This document shows, in pieces, positions 36,491-49,093 of a stretch of 64,000 bases of DNA. Position 1 is the first letter of the stretch, and each line of letters begins with the position of its first letter. The notes beneath the pieces were generated by a model. That model ran no database searches and was not told the DNA's origin. It saw nothing but the letters and a program-made list of their open reading frames with translations. Origin of the DNA: Chara braunii (Eukaryota > Plantae > Charophyceae); the NCBI GenBank assembly GCA_003427395.1, contig BFEA01000001.1:3878501-3942500 (forward strand). The letters are read 5' to 3'. A program made the translations under genes and the position numbers.

Positions 36491-39400
36491 ATTATATGGT
36501 TCCTTCTTCGTACTTTCATTCCCACTCTCCCCTATTCTAGTGAAAGACGCTGGATTTTTTCCACTTTCTGTTGTTTCTTTTGTTCTGTCCGTAAGATTTT
36601 CCCTCTCTCTCTCTCTCTCTCCTGCGCGCGCGCGCACGAGCACTTTGTTTTTCCTTTCTTCTCGTCGTTCTTGAGCCCGCGGGCCTGATTGGCTGGCAAG
36701 GCAGATGTGGGGTTTCTTTATTCCGTACTTTCATTTTCACTCTCTGCTTTGCTCTCCCCCCAAGTCTCTTCCCGTTCCGACCGGAGTGGTTGACTGGGGT
36801 AGAAGAATGATTGTAGGGTTTCTCTTTTAATGTTCCGTTCCCGATGTTCTACCTAGGGTTTTTCTTTCGTTGTTTCTTTCCCGATGTTCTACCGAGTCCT
36901 CCAAACGAGTGGCCTTACCAACCACACGCGTCTAAAGACTTGAGAGGTGGACTGCCAGCTTGTCTCAGTGAATCAGAGCCTTGTGCCTTTCCCGAAAAGA
37001 AAGGCACGACCACTACATACATGTCTCTGGCCCCAAAAGTTGGCCGAAATACAGTGAACCATTGACAACCTTTAACAAGCTTACAGAAAGATACCTCTAC
37101 GTATCCTGCTAACCAAAAAAAAAACGAATCGCCCAATCAATCCAACCGTCCATACACACAATGTTTTTCCTTGCGCACCGGGCAATCGACTCTTTCGGTG
37201 AGTTTTATCACCCTCCATTTAATTTATATCGACATGAACTTCCCCCCTACCATATGCTGCCACCACTTATTCCCCTCTTTCCACTACCTCCCCGTTCCGC
37301 TGTCATCTTTCTCGAATTACCCTCTGAGTCTTTCTCCATCTCGAACGTTTATAGCAGCGATCATCACGCTACATGTAGTATATTGGCAGATTCGATCACA
37401 AGGGTTTTCGACCTGCAACAAACTTTCAGCCCGCGCACAAACCATTCCTAATTTGAAATCATCGACCCCTTCGGTCCCGAGGGCATACCGTACTTGAGAC
37501 CAAACACCCCGAAATGTTTTTTTCCCGGGAGCGAGCTCCAGTGGCTCGGGTCTCCTTAGTCTCGAGACCAAGGAGAAGACCCAAGCCACTGAGCCTCGCA
37601 AGTGTTTGGTTTCCATGTCTTTCTCCTGGGAAAAGAGAGGATAGCAGGGTAGGAGATAGAGAAGCCGCCAGGAGACACAGCCACTGGGACAAAAAACATG
37701 GCGGAGTATTTTCCCATGTTCTAGAGGAAGATTCATTCTCATTTTGCACATTTGGTGAGCAGCGGAGCGAGGCACACTGTACGAGTTAGGGAAGAGAGGA
37801 AAGTGCAGAAGACGTAATAAATCTGACGGACATTTATTTTCTTTCTTTTTTTTCCGGGGAGGGGGGGAGGGGGGGAAGGGGGGAGGGCGGCGGGACAAGA
37901 AAAGGGGGTATGCCGCAAGTCAAGAAGAATAAAGGCATTAGTACAAGGGAGGGAAGAAGAAAAGAGGGTAAAGAGGGAGAAGAGGGGAAGCAGAGAGGGA
38001 GAACAGAGATCGAGGAGGAGAATACCAAAAACTGCAAAAACGGAAAGAGGACACAGGGGAAAGGAAAACGAGGGGCAAGAAAAGTGACCAAGAAGAATAG
38101 AATGAAAAAATAAATCATAAATAGAGAACCCAATATAATACTTTGTCCGATGATAGATTGTCCTCTGATAAATATTTTATTTTATTTCAAACGAGTATAT
38201 ACAGAAGGACGTGAACGATGGAGTAGGGAGAGACGAAAAAGGGCGATGGGAGAGGTGGGAATAATAAAGAAAAGAAGAGAAAAAAAAAAAGAGTAGGGAG
38301 AGACGAAAAAGGGCGATGGGAGAGGTGGGAATAATAAAGAAAAGAAGAGAAAAAAAAAAAGAGAATCTAAGCAGCGTCGAGATGAAAAGAACGAGGCTGA
38401 CGGAGAAAGAACGTGAAGAAAGAACGCTGGAAAGCACCGGAGAGAAAGAAAAAACAAACGTGTGGAAAGACGAGGAGACAAAAGGAACATAAAACGGAGG
38501 ATAAACCGCGAAGGGGGGGTAAGATCGCCAGATTACGACCGGGCCAAGAAAGGGGGAGCGGGCAGAGAGCGAGAAGACAGGAAAAAAAAACAATCAAAAA
38601 CACAAGAAATGGAGAAGAGAAAGAGGGCGACATACCACATAAGCGGCAAAAAAGCAAAGAAAAAGCAGAAAAGAGGATCCACATGAGAGATAGAAGCACG
38701 ACGGAGGATGGACATGTAAAGACGGGATGAAGTAGGAAGAAGACAGATGAGAAATGCAAGGGAGACGAAAGAGCAGAGGCGACTGTTGGCAGAAAAAGAG
38801 AACAGATCGCACGATACCAGGCAACCCCATTAGAAAGAATGATTACGGCGCCTAAGGGACAAAAGGAGCGAGGCGGGTAGATCAGGAAAAGGGGTTAAGA
38901 AGGCGATAGCTGTCAGAAGGAAGGATAATACAGCTGGACAGCAGAAGGCGGAGTAGGGGGGGGAAACAAAAAAGGGGTCAAGAAGGGCTCAGAGTTGTCC
39001 GGCCCGAATACGGCAAACGGAAGAGATAGGGAAAGTGGCAAGGTGGAAAGAAACGGCAGGTCAGTTGAAGTAAACGTCGGGTAAAAGGGAAGACGAGGGC
39101 AAAAGGACGGACGGAACAAGACCGGGGAGAAGAGAACGCTCTGGGGTGATATAAGGAGAAGCTGCAAGGAATAAAAAGGTGAATATGGAGGTGATTAATT
39201 AAATTAATTAAAAAAAGAAGTGGAGGTGATCTGGGGTTTAACGGGGGGCTGGGAAAGGGATGTGGTCCAAAGGCCGGGAAGAACAGGAGAAACAGAAGCT
39301 CCATAGGAAAGGAGGTAAGTGGAAAAGAAAAAGAAAGACGAGATCTGGGAAAGGTGAAGGTCAGGGTAAGTGGGAGGCCACCGAACGGGCGAAGGTGGGA

Positions 39401-39821
39401 GAGGAGGGAGCCCGCGAGATGGCGAAAGGGGTCGGGAGGATGGTCCAGAAGATTGAGAGTAGAAGCAGGCAAAAGTGGGCAATGAAGAGAGAGTGGACGT
39501 GAGGGGAGGCGGGGAACGAGCAGAGGGAGGAGGCAGGGACAGAAGAGAAGAGAGGTTGGGGGGGATGCATGAGGCGAGGGAAGGGGCAGGGAAACCCACA
39601 CGGCCACATGGAGACGAAGGCAAAGGATGGGCAAACGAGGCAAGAGACGAAAAAGGCAGAGAAAGACAAGGTAGAAGCGAAAGAAGCAAGGGGACGAGAA
39701 TAAAGAAAAAGGGCAACGAGAGACCGACCAACGGGAACAAATCGATGCGAGGTTGAAGGAGGGGAGGGGAGAGCGGAAGAAGGTAGACCAGAGGCAAACG
39801 AAGGGACGGACGGTGTTAGAG

Positions 39822-39859
39822 CTGTCTCTTATACACATCTAGATGTGTATAAGAGACAG
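39822..39859. other. Nextera mate-pair junction adapter (back-to-back Tn5 mosaic ends); assembly artefact
   Basis: CTGTCTCTTATACACATCT AGATGTGTATAAGAGACAG, exact. Confidence 0.98.
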
Positions 39860-41625
39860 GGGGAAAAGAGGTGGATGAGATGAGAGAAAAGGGGGGTGAA
39901 ATGGGGTGGAGGACAGAAGGAAAAAAAAATGAAGGGTGGAAAGAGCAAAGAAGGTAGCACATGGGAGGAACCAGAAAAGCAGCACACAAGACAGACTTCT
40001 TATCGGTTCCAAGTCCGACAGTGCGCATACTCGCTTGGTGAAAATGCCAAGAGAACAGAGCGGGAGGATAACAGGCGTGTGAAGAGGAGAAAGGGACACG
40101 GGGGAAGTCCGTAGGAACGAGAGAAAGAGCGGGAAACGGCACAGAATGTGGGAGCAGGAAAGGAGGGAGGAGGAGGAAATCGAGCGCCGAAGCAGAGGGA
40201 AGACCAGACATGCGTTGGAAAAAGGAGAAAGGTTGAGACCAAAACCGTAAGGTTCGGTTGTCGTTAAAGCAAAAAAAAAAAAAAGAAAGAAAGGAAAAAA
40301 AAAAGAAAACAAAGAAAGCCGGTAAGAAAATCAGAGAGATGGGGGGAGCAGGAAGACAGCATGCAAGGAGCAAGGATGAAGGGGAATATCGCGCAAGCAT
40401 AGGTTGGCAGAGGGAGACGGGGAAAAGAAAACGAGTGCTGAAGAAACAAGCAGGAAAACCAAAAAAACAATTGTGGAGATAGTGTTGGAAAGAAATACAG
40501 TAAGACGAGCATTTTCCAGAAAAAAAAAAGACTGGATCGGACATGGAGCAGGACTAGCTCGGTTGGTCCACCCATGAACTGTTGAAACACAGACCCAAGT
40601 TCCGACTCCAGATTGATGCAATCAGATGAACAGAATAAATTAGTGCTGAATTACCTGGGGTCGGTCAGCCCCATGATCATATCTCAAGGTCGTCTCCTTA
40701 TACAAAGGAGTACGTGGAGTGCAGGTAGAGGGAATGCCAGGATGAAGAAGGGGACCACGACCAAGAAGAATAGGTTGAAGAGAAAGACCCCGAGAATCAG
40801 AAAAAGAGTGCTGAAGAACTCAAGGCCGTCTCCCTATACAAAGAACGAGTACGTGGAGTGCAGGTAGAGGGAATGCCAGGATGAAGAAGGGGACCACGAC
40901 CAAGAAGAATAGGTTGAAGAGGACGACCCCGAGAATCAGAAAAAGAGGGCTGAAGAAATCAGCGGAAGAAAATAGTGAGTGCGGAGATAGGGTGGGAAAG
41001 AAATACTACCTACCTTTTTCCAGACATAGATCAGACGAGTATATGGGGAGCTGGACGTATCAAAAGAGAGAAAGGTTGGTTGGGAGATGAGGCAAGAATA
41101 TCTTGTGCGTTTAGACAAATATGAAGAAGAAGAAGAAGGGGGCTGTTTCATCATACCTTTACAGATGAGCCACCTCAAGGACGATGATGACTCCGAATCC
41201 TGGTGGCTATGGCGACGGTGAAGCACAGGCAATACGCGGGACAGTCAGACGCACCACAGGTTCCGCTCGCTCGCTCGGTACTCTCTCTTCTTGGCGGCAG
41301 GAGCCCATCTACACCAACCTAGTCTTCCTCCCCTAGAGACTGCTGGCATACGCACTAACCCGAGTCGGCCGAAAACCGCCCCTGCCTCCTCACCCCCTTT
41401 TCACTTTCCCGCCTCCCTCCGAGACATCGCAAAACAATGTCAATCACCTCTCTACTTGCTTACACAAACCCCCACTCCCTCCCCTTCCTTGAAATTAACG
41501 AAATGCCTTCCTTATCTACATACGCAAAGGGCAAATCAGTTACTTGGTCGTGGCCTCTCCCCGCAATAAACACCACCACCCCTTGTCAAAAAGCCTGGAC
41601 AGGATTAGCCTCCAACGCATTCTTC

Positions 41626-41658
<33 letters not shown>

Positions 41659-42470
41659 CCACCACCACCACCACCACCACCACTCCCCTGGGTCCCCTTT
41701 TTTTTCTTTGTGGGACGCTTCCTTTGCTTGCCGCCCTAGATAGAGATCCTATTCCCTTCCCACGGCGTTTCCCTTGGCGTGCGAATCTATAGGTACAAAG
41801 AATGATTGTTTTTTCCCCCCCTAGTCCCCCTGCTTTCAATCCGATTGATTGAATTATCGTGAAAAACCCACCGACGGACGAAACCCTACCCTTATCCTTA
41901 TCTGTTCCCTCCACCCGTCCTTTCCTCTTGAAGATCCCTTGTGTCTCTCTCAGCCACTTGCCTTCGCGAGCTTGGTTCAAGCAACCACCCTCTCTTTTCT
42001 TCCAATTTCTTGCCACCAAACGTATAAGAACCCACCCTGGATGAAACCCCTTGTGCTCACCTTGCTACTCAGACCCGATTCAATTCTTATATATTATATA
42101 CTCTTTCAATGACCGTAGGTGGCGGCGCAAATTCGCAGTGATGAGATTGGAGCCCTTGGGGGGGGGGGGGCGAGGTTACAAGACCTTTTCGATTGAAATG
42201 CCAACAAAATCCCATAATCGACGAATTCACTCTTTTCAATTTATTTCACTTTCTAAAGAACCATGCTCTTCCTTGCATTGGACCTCCCGTTCTGTCTTCT
42301 CATCATAAGCCCTACATCCTGCCGTCCTCCTGAAACGCTTCCCCATCATCCTCTTCAGCTCTTCATCCAGACACCCAACCTCCCGTTCTTTCTTCTCAGG
42401 CCACAAGACACCACTCCCACAGCTCGTTCCAAAACACTCCTCTTTGCGTGCACCCTATTGCCACGAACTC

Positions 42471-42543
<73 letters not shown>

Positions 42544-42776
42544 GCCAGGAGGACACGAAGACTCGCAAGCTCCGTGCCCACACGAACCTGTCAAACCGGC
42601 CGCTTAGCACACACCGTCGCTCCGCCAGCCAACGGGGGGATGGGTGAACGACACGAAAACATGCATTGCCTTGCCTTGCCATGCTCTGCCGCCCATAGGA
42701 CACAGACAAGAAGGGAGAGGGCAGAAGAAAAAAATGTTAGGTGACTTGAAAACGTAGAAGAAAAAAAGAACAGACT

Positions 42777-44551
42777 CTATATGTACACGTTGCGGACATC
42801 GTTCTGGCCAAACGTAACCCCGCACCCTGGGCATTTCCGGTGCCTTAGCTCCAGATTGCGCTGAATGCACTGGCTGCAAAACAGATGAAAGCATTTGGTG
42901 ATGACCACCTCCTTGGGCCTGTCGTGGCACACGCTACATTTGAGAATCGCCTTGTAGGCCCTGATTTCCTCTTGCAACTGCTCGACGGTGGCGACTCTAT
43001 CATGGTGCGATGTCAGCCGGGCTATCTTAGCGCTGAGCATCTCGCACTCTTCCTCCACTCGCTTCCTCTTGAACCTCTCTTTTTCCAATTCCACACCGTC
43101 CTCCTGAATCTTCTTCGACCGATCTTCGAGCTCTCTCTGTGCCGCCTCGAAAGCCGCTCTCGCCATGGCCGCTTCTCTCTCCAGCTCCGCCGTCCTCCTC
43201 TTCGCTACGTCCAATGCATTTCCGTACTGCCTCATTTCCTCCGTCGCCTTCGCTAACTGCTCTGTGTAAGCCTTCAGCTGCTCCTCCAGCCTCCCCACTC
43301 TCTTCTTATACAGATCCGCCGACGCCGTCGCGTGCCTCACCTTGCTCGTCATCGCCTCCTTCTCCGCCAACAACGAAGATTGCAGCTGCTTCGCCTTCAC
43401 ACTCTCCGACATCAACTGGGTGTTGTATTCGTCACGTTCCGAGATTTGCCGAAGAAGACGTTGATTCTGACTCTGCATCTCCTCGTAGGCCTGGCCGATG
43501 GTCTCAATCTCGGAGATATACGCCTCCCCCTCCTCGTTCTTCTCATTCAGCTGTTCCCTAAGAGAGGCCAGCTCCCTGTCCAAGCTGTCTAATGCCTGCC
43601 TCAGATTCGCAACTTCGGCTTCGGACGCGGCGAGCCGTTGCTGGCACGCCGCCTCCGCCTCGTTGGCCGCCTTCACGCGCAGCTCTAGGCTATGCTCGTC
43701 TAGCGCCGCCTTGAGCCTCTCCACTTGCGCCAGCGCTCTCTTCTCCGCCTGCTTGACCTCCGCGACCTCCCGCGTGTCCGTCGATTCCCTCTCGTACATG
43801 TCCACGAAAAACCTTACCTCCTGCTCGCTGTCTCTCAGAGCCTTCACCTCTTCTCTTATGCGCGACAGTTCCACAGCCTGCGTGGCGCACTTCTCCGCCA
43901 GCTCCGCGCACTCCTGCCGCTTCCTCTCCACGGTCGAGCTCATCGCCTGCACCTCCGCGCGCAAACCGTAGACCTCTCGCGCCGTCTCCTTGAACTTGGA
44001 TAATTGCGACTGGACCATGTTCAGCTCCTTGTGAAGAGTGCTGATCATGACCTTCAACTCGGAGATGGTCTCTTTCCTGCCCGTGGCCTGAGCCTCCTCT
44101 TCCAGTCGACGCTGCAGAGCGTCTCTGTCCGACACGCACTGCTGCAGCTTAACCTCCAGATCCCCACACCGCGCCTCCGTGATTTGATTCACTCGGCGCG
44201 CAGTGTCCCCCGCCTCTGCCTTGAACAGCATCTCCTTCTCCCTCTGCAGCATCATATCTCTTTCACGTTGCATCTGCTCGATGATTACTCGGAATCTTTC
44301 CAGCTCCACGTTGGTGCCCTGCAGCTGGTCCTTCAGCATCAGGTACGGCCGGGTCCCCAGAACGTGTTGCTCGTCATTCAGAGTAGACTGCACGTGCCGT
44401 AGTTGTTGCGACAAGCTGATTTGAGTGGCATGTGCGTCTTCCAACTCTTTCATACGGCTCGCGGCCAGTTTCTCCTTCTCTTCCACCATCGCCTCCAGCT
44501 CTGTGATTCTCTTCTCCAGAGCCGCCGAGACCCCTGACTTCTCTCCTCCTC

Positions 44552-44582
<31 letters not shown>

Positions 44583-45734
44583 TCCTCCTCCTCCAGCCCC
44601 ACTTTCATTCTTCACAGTCCCTGGCAATGACGCGGACCCTAATCCTCCTGCTCCGCCGCCAACTCCTATCAAAGTGGGCAAACTTCCGCTTCCCGCCGAT
44701 GAACGCTCTTTCTGGCTCTTCACTGCTGCCAACTTCCTCCTCGCGTTCTCCAATTCCGTCACGGTATTGTCGAGCTCCGCCTTCAGCCGCCTCACTTCAC
44801 ACAGGTCCTTTGCACGGAGGTCGCACAGCTCGCCATTCTCCGCCGCAATCTCGCGATGCTGGACGTGCAAGGAATCCATCGCCGCTCGGACGGAAGCTAG
44901 TTCCGCGCGCACATCCGCATCGCTGGCCTTCAGCAGGCGGCAAGCCTCGTTCTCATCTGACAACCCGCGTCTTAAGGATGATGCCAACTCCTCGTTGTGC
45001 CGCCTGTTCGCTTCAATGGCCTCGACGACCAGCTCAAGCGTCTTCTTCGTGGCTTCTCTGCGAGCTCCGAGAGCGTTCTCCACATAGCTTAGACTCTCCT
45101 TATCCGATTGCGACGATAAGCTGCTGCCTCCTCTGTCCTTATCCACAGAATTCCCGCCACCACATCCCGCGCCATCTGCCTTCCTTTCGCGCCATTTCTC
45201 TCTCCCTATTAGACGATACAAGAACGTATCCTCCGGTGGCACTGAGTCTACTCCTCCCGACCCGGCCCCACCTTCTCCTCCCTCTCCTCGTCCTCCTCCT
45301 CCTTTTCCCTCCTCTTCTTCTTCTTCCATCTCCTGCGATTTCTCCAATACCCTAACCATTCCGTTACTCCCTCCCCGTTCGCCCCCATTTGCCCGAATCG
45401 CCAGCAGCTCCAAGTCACGGACCAGGAAATCCCACGCTCGGTTCACTACCATGAGTACGTCATCGTATCGGGACTGTTTCGCCTGAAGTTCTCTCAGCTT
45501 GCCCTCGTAGGAGTTTATCTCCTCCCTCTGCAAAGCGAGTTGCTCCGACAACTTCCGGTTTTGGTACGCAAGCATCCCCGGATCGACCTTCTTATCGTCG
45601 TGCGTCGTCGATATGGTCATCTTTTTGAGAGGAGGAGAAAATACACTGTTATTGGCATGCCGCCTCTTGCGCTCCGGCTCGTCGGAGCCACATTCTTTGT
45701 CCGAAGAAGAAGCAATCGTCGATGAGCTTTCCAT
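42777..45734 (-). CDS. BRE1: E3 ubiquitin ligase BRE1-like / histone H2B monoubiquitination protein (HUB1/HUB2 family), intronless, 985 aa from first ATG
   Basis: Uninterrupted ORF. N-terminal EPERKRRH...KKVDPGMLAYQNRKLSEQL matches the plant HUB N-terminus, followed by long coiled coils and a C-terminal C3HC4 RING (LKCSVCHDRPKEVVITKCFHLFCSQCIQRNLELRHRKCPGCGVTFGQNDVR). ATG at 45734 is preferred to the upstream GTG used by the ORF track. Confidence 0.95.
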
Positions 45735-46200
45735 CTTGTCTTCCTCTTCCTCTTTTGCTTCTTTTGTCCACACCCCACCCTTCCCGCTCCAACGTTACGT
45801 CCCCTCGATTTCTTCTCTGGTACTCGCCTTCCTCCGATCTTCGTCTATGCCACCCCTGCGACGAAGGTCCAGGTCGACGACCCCTCGCCCAAGAACACCT
45901 GGGGGGGACCGCCGTGCTATGCCCACGGCCGCACGTGGGAAAATGATTCCTGGCGGCCAACGATCAGACAATGGTTCCGGAAGAGAGCGTGCTGATGGAC
46001 CAAAGCGGCACTTGCCAGCTAAAGAGAAGAGCCCCACATCGATTTCACGCGCGCTACAGGGTAGAGATCATAGCTGGAGGGTACGTGGACGTTCACGAAA
46101 CCCTCTTCCTTTCTCCGTCCCCTCCTTCGCTAGTGCGCTTTCCTAAACCATTGCCCCCGAAAACGCGACATAAAGCTCTCCCCGTCGCCATCGAGATTGC

Positions 46201-46808
46201 CTACATATGAAGTCGTACACATAGTATCCCTTGCTCACTGCCATTTCCCCCCATCTTTAACACCCCCGTCTCCAGACCCCATCCCCCCCCCCCCCCCCCC
46301 CCCTTCCCCCCCCCCCGCCCCAAACCCCCGAGGAGCTCGCGGACTGCACAACTAGTGCTCGTCATCATCCATCCCAATCGCTCTGCCCCCCACCTTTCTC
46401 CATTTCTCCCGCCAACTCCACCCCTCTCCAAATGTATGTGCCCATGCAAATGCAACTGATCAAGCAAACCCAGGTTCACCTTCACTTATAAATGTTAAGC
46501 CCCTCTGCCGTAAAGTCTTCTTTTCTCTGTTCTCAAGGCCAGGCAGGGCTGAGTAAGGGCGATGTAACGATATATATTATATATGGCCAAAATGGTCCAC
46601 GGAGAACAGGGTTCAGAATGGAGGGCAGAAGAGGCGCGCAAGACGGCAGGTAAATGAGAAAAGCCAAGTTTGCGTCGAAGAGGCGGCTAATGGAGGAGCG
46701 CGGGAGGAGAATGCACAACGAAAAGAAGTCTGAGAAGAGGGAGGGAGGGAAGGAAGGGAGGGGGTTAGGGACGAGAGGAGGAAGGAGAGAGAGGTAGGTC
46801 GTGTTTAC
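46201..46808 (-). other. Putative 5'UTR intron of the BRE1/HUB gene
   Basis: On the minus strand: GAC|gtaaac donor at 46808, pyrimidine-rich interior, and atgtag| acceptor at 46201, about 470 bp upstream of the ATG. Confidence 0.4.
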
Positions 46809-48380
46809 GTCACCGACAGTGAGCGACTCCGGCAAGCCGATCGGATCCCGACGTGAGAGCATGCATCGTCAAGCTACTGGAACACTGCCGCGCAACGGAG
46901 GAGTCCGGCTCTGAAGACGGAATGGAGCTTCGCGCGCGCTCGAGCCACTGTTCCCCGCCACCATCCCACCAGATTCGCCCTCCGCTTTCCCTCCGCTTCA
47001 GCTCGACTCTCTCAAACTCGACTATCGCAAGCACGCCCAAGCACTCGGTAGCAGCAGCACCCGCTTCTGTTTCTCCCTGGACCCACAGGACCCACAGGAA
47101 GGCGGGCGCGACCGGCGGGTCACACTGAAGACGCATGGGGCCTGGCTCCACTACTCTTCACATCCACAAAAGACACAACTTCTGTCGGTGTATATTCCCA
47201 GGTTCTAGAGGAAGATTCATTCTCATTTTGCACATTTGTTTGGAAAGTAGTGTAGCCAGGCCCATATGCCCGACCTCTCTCAGGCAATAAATATAAAGGC
47301 CTTGCCGCGCCACTCACCAAATGCGAAAGACAAAACAAAAATTATGTTATGGCTGGTGCATCTTCCCAAGTTCTAGCGGGGTATACATTCTCATTTCTCA
47401 TTTTGCACATTCGATTCGATTTGTGCTGCGGCGAGGCAGGCAGCTCGTCATCGGCTNGNGGGCGCCGGGCATACACGNCCACCGCCACTCCCGAGCGCCC
47501 CGCCAAACTTGGACGTCCGTAGCTGCAGGGCACTTTTGTTTTGTTTCGTTCCGTTTCGCACACCGGTGGTCGTGCAGCCACTACTGTGGCACCTCTTCTT
47601 TTTTTTTTTTCACTCTACAGATCCAGATTTTCTGCCGGATATTTGAGAGGACGGCACGGTCAGCCCTTCGATAGTTGGAATCGCACGGTTGCTGACAACT
47701 TATCGACCCAAGACTCCGGAGCGCCGGCGGCGCGCGCGTCAGAACGCACCTTCTTCGGCAGATTCAAGGCAAACGACAGTGAACGGAAAGACGGCCGTAG
47801 ATTCACGGCATGACATCAACGGAAGAGGTCCCAGTTCTCGTCTCAGGGTTCGCACTAGCTATTGACCTCAATCGAGGAGGCAATTAGCCTGCCTTGTTCG
47901 GTGAGGTGAGGTACCTCGAGGTCTGCCTGGAGGCATTCATTTCAGGTCTCCGTCTCCTCTCCCCCTCCCTCCCTCCCATGAGTGGTGCATGCTTTGGTCG
48001 GGGTAGGGGAAACAAAAGCATGCACCACTCATGGGGCACCATGAAAAGTGGATGTTCTCCAGGAGGTGTCTATTCATGGGGGGAGAAGCGTGTGCCGGAA
48101 CCCGGCCCAGTGTCGTCGTGAGCTGAGTAGGAGAAAACCGAAGCAAACGAGTTCTTTGTTCAGCAGCTGGGAGATGGTGGCTCCAACAGGGTGAGCGTGA
48201 CGCCATAGACGAAATGACCCTTGAGGCCACAGGTGGGTCCAACTGCAGAAAAGAGTCGAAGTGCTGATCAGTACTCAGGGCGGTAACCAGCGCCCTGGAA
48301 ATAGCACCAGGAATGCAGGGGTGTTTGGGGGTAGGGTCCCACTATGGATGAGAATCATGTGCTTGATGACTGAGAGCGTG

Positions 48381-48700
48381 TGAGATGCAGCTCAGTGGTT
48401 AGAGCACCGGTTGGAAATGTGCATTGTGGTATGAGGTTGCGGGTTCAAAACTCAATCCCAGCCCATGCGCATGGACACCAGCAGGGCGTTAGAATGATAC
48501 AAACACTGCCTGCGCACCACCCAAGGGCTGTTCATGGTGTTGTATGTCGGGTCTTGACATTCCGTGGGTTGCTTGTGGCTTTTGCTTGTGGTTGTTATGT
48601 TGATCTCCCCAGTCTGGCATATCACACACAGGTGATGTTTGCGATTGTTGCTCAAATGGTAGAGTCTTCAGGTCACATGTCATAGATCACAGGTTCCACC
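48381..48700 (+). pseudogene. Two tRNA-like units (48381-48460 and 48641-48700)
   Basis: CAGCTCAGTGGTTAGAGC...GAGGTTGCGGGTTCAAA and TTGCTCAAATGGTAGAG...CAGGTTCCA. Confidence 0.45.
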
Positions 48701-49093
48701 AGTCCCCCGCCAGCCGAAACCCCTCGGCCCGGTGAGCTAGGGCCGGGTTGTATGGAGGGGCGGCGACCACCGTTCGTCACCGGCGGGTCCAATCCCGCCA
48801 TTTGCAAGCAGCAACTTTGCCGATTTTTTGTGCTCAGAAGAATTCATCAAAAGGTCTGAAGATTTGAGGGTCCGTAGATTAGGTCGTGATCTTTCAGGGA
48901 AAAATATCAGGAAAAAAAAAAAAAACAATTGACCATCAAATATTCGCTGCGCCGATTTGGTGCATTTCCGCAAATTCCATTTTTTCAGGCCCGACCGGTT
49001 TTCCACTCTATACTACCGGTACCCCCGAGGTTTCTGACGTCAGGGGGACTACCGATACCCCCGAGGTTTCTGACGTCAGGGGGACTGGTGGAA
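48694..49093. mobile_element. Probable MITE with 15-bp terminal inverted repeats and an internal 34-bp tandem duplication
   Basis: ttccaccagtccccc ... gggggactggtggaa; ctaccg(g/a)tacccccgaggtttctgacgtcaggggga occurs twice. No TSD seen. Confidence 0.5.

Noticed and set aside
39822-39859. Genuine Tn5/IS50 insertion (horizontal transfer)
   Set aside because: Back-to-back engineered mosaic ends with no transposase are a library adapter.
42885-45355. Plus-strand ORFs overlapping BRE1
   Set aside because: Antisense shadows of a GC-rich coiled-coil CDS.
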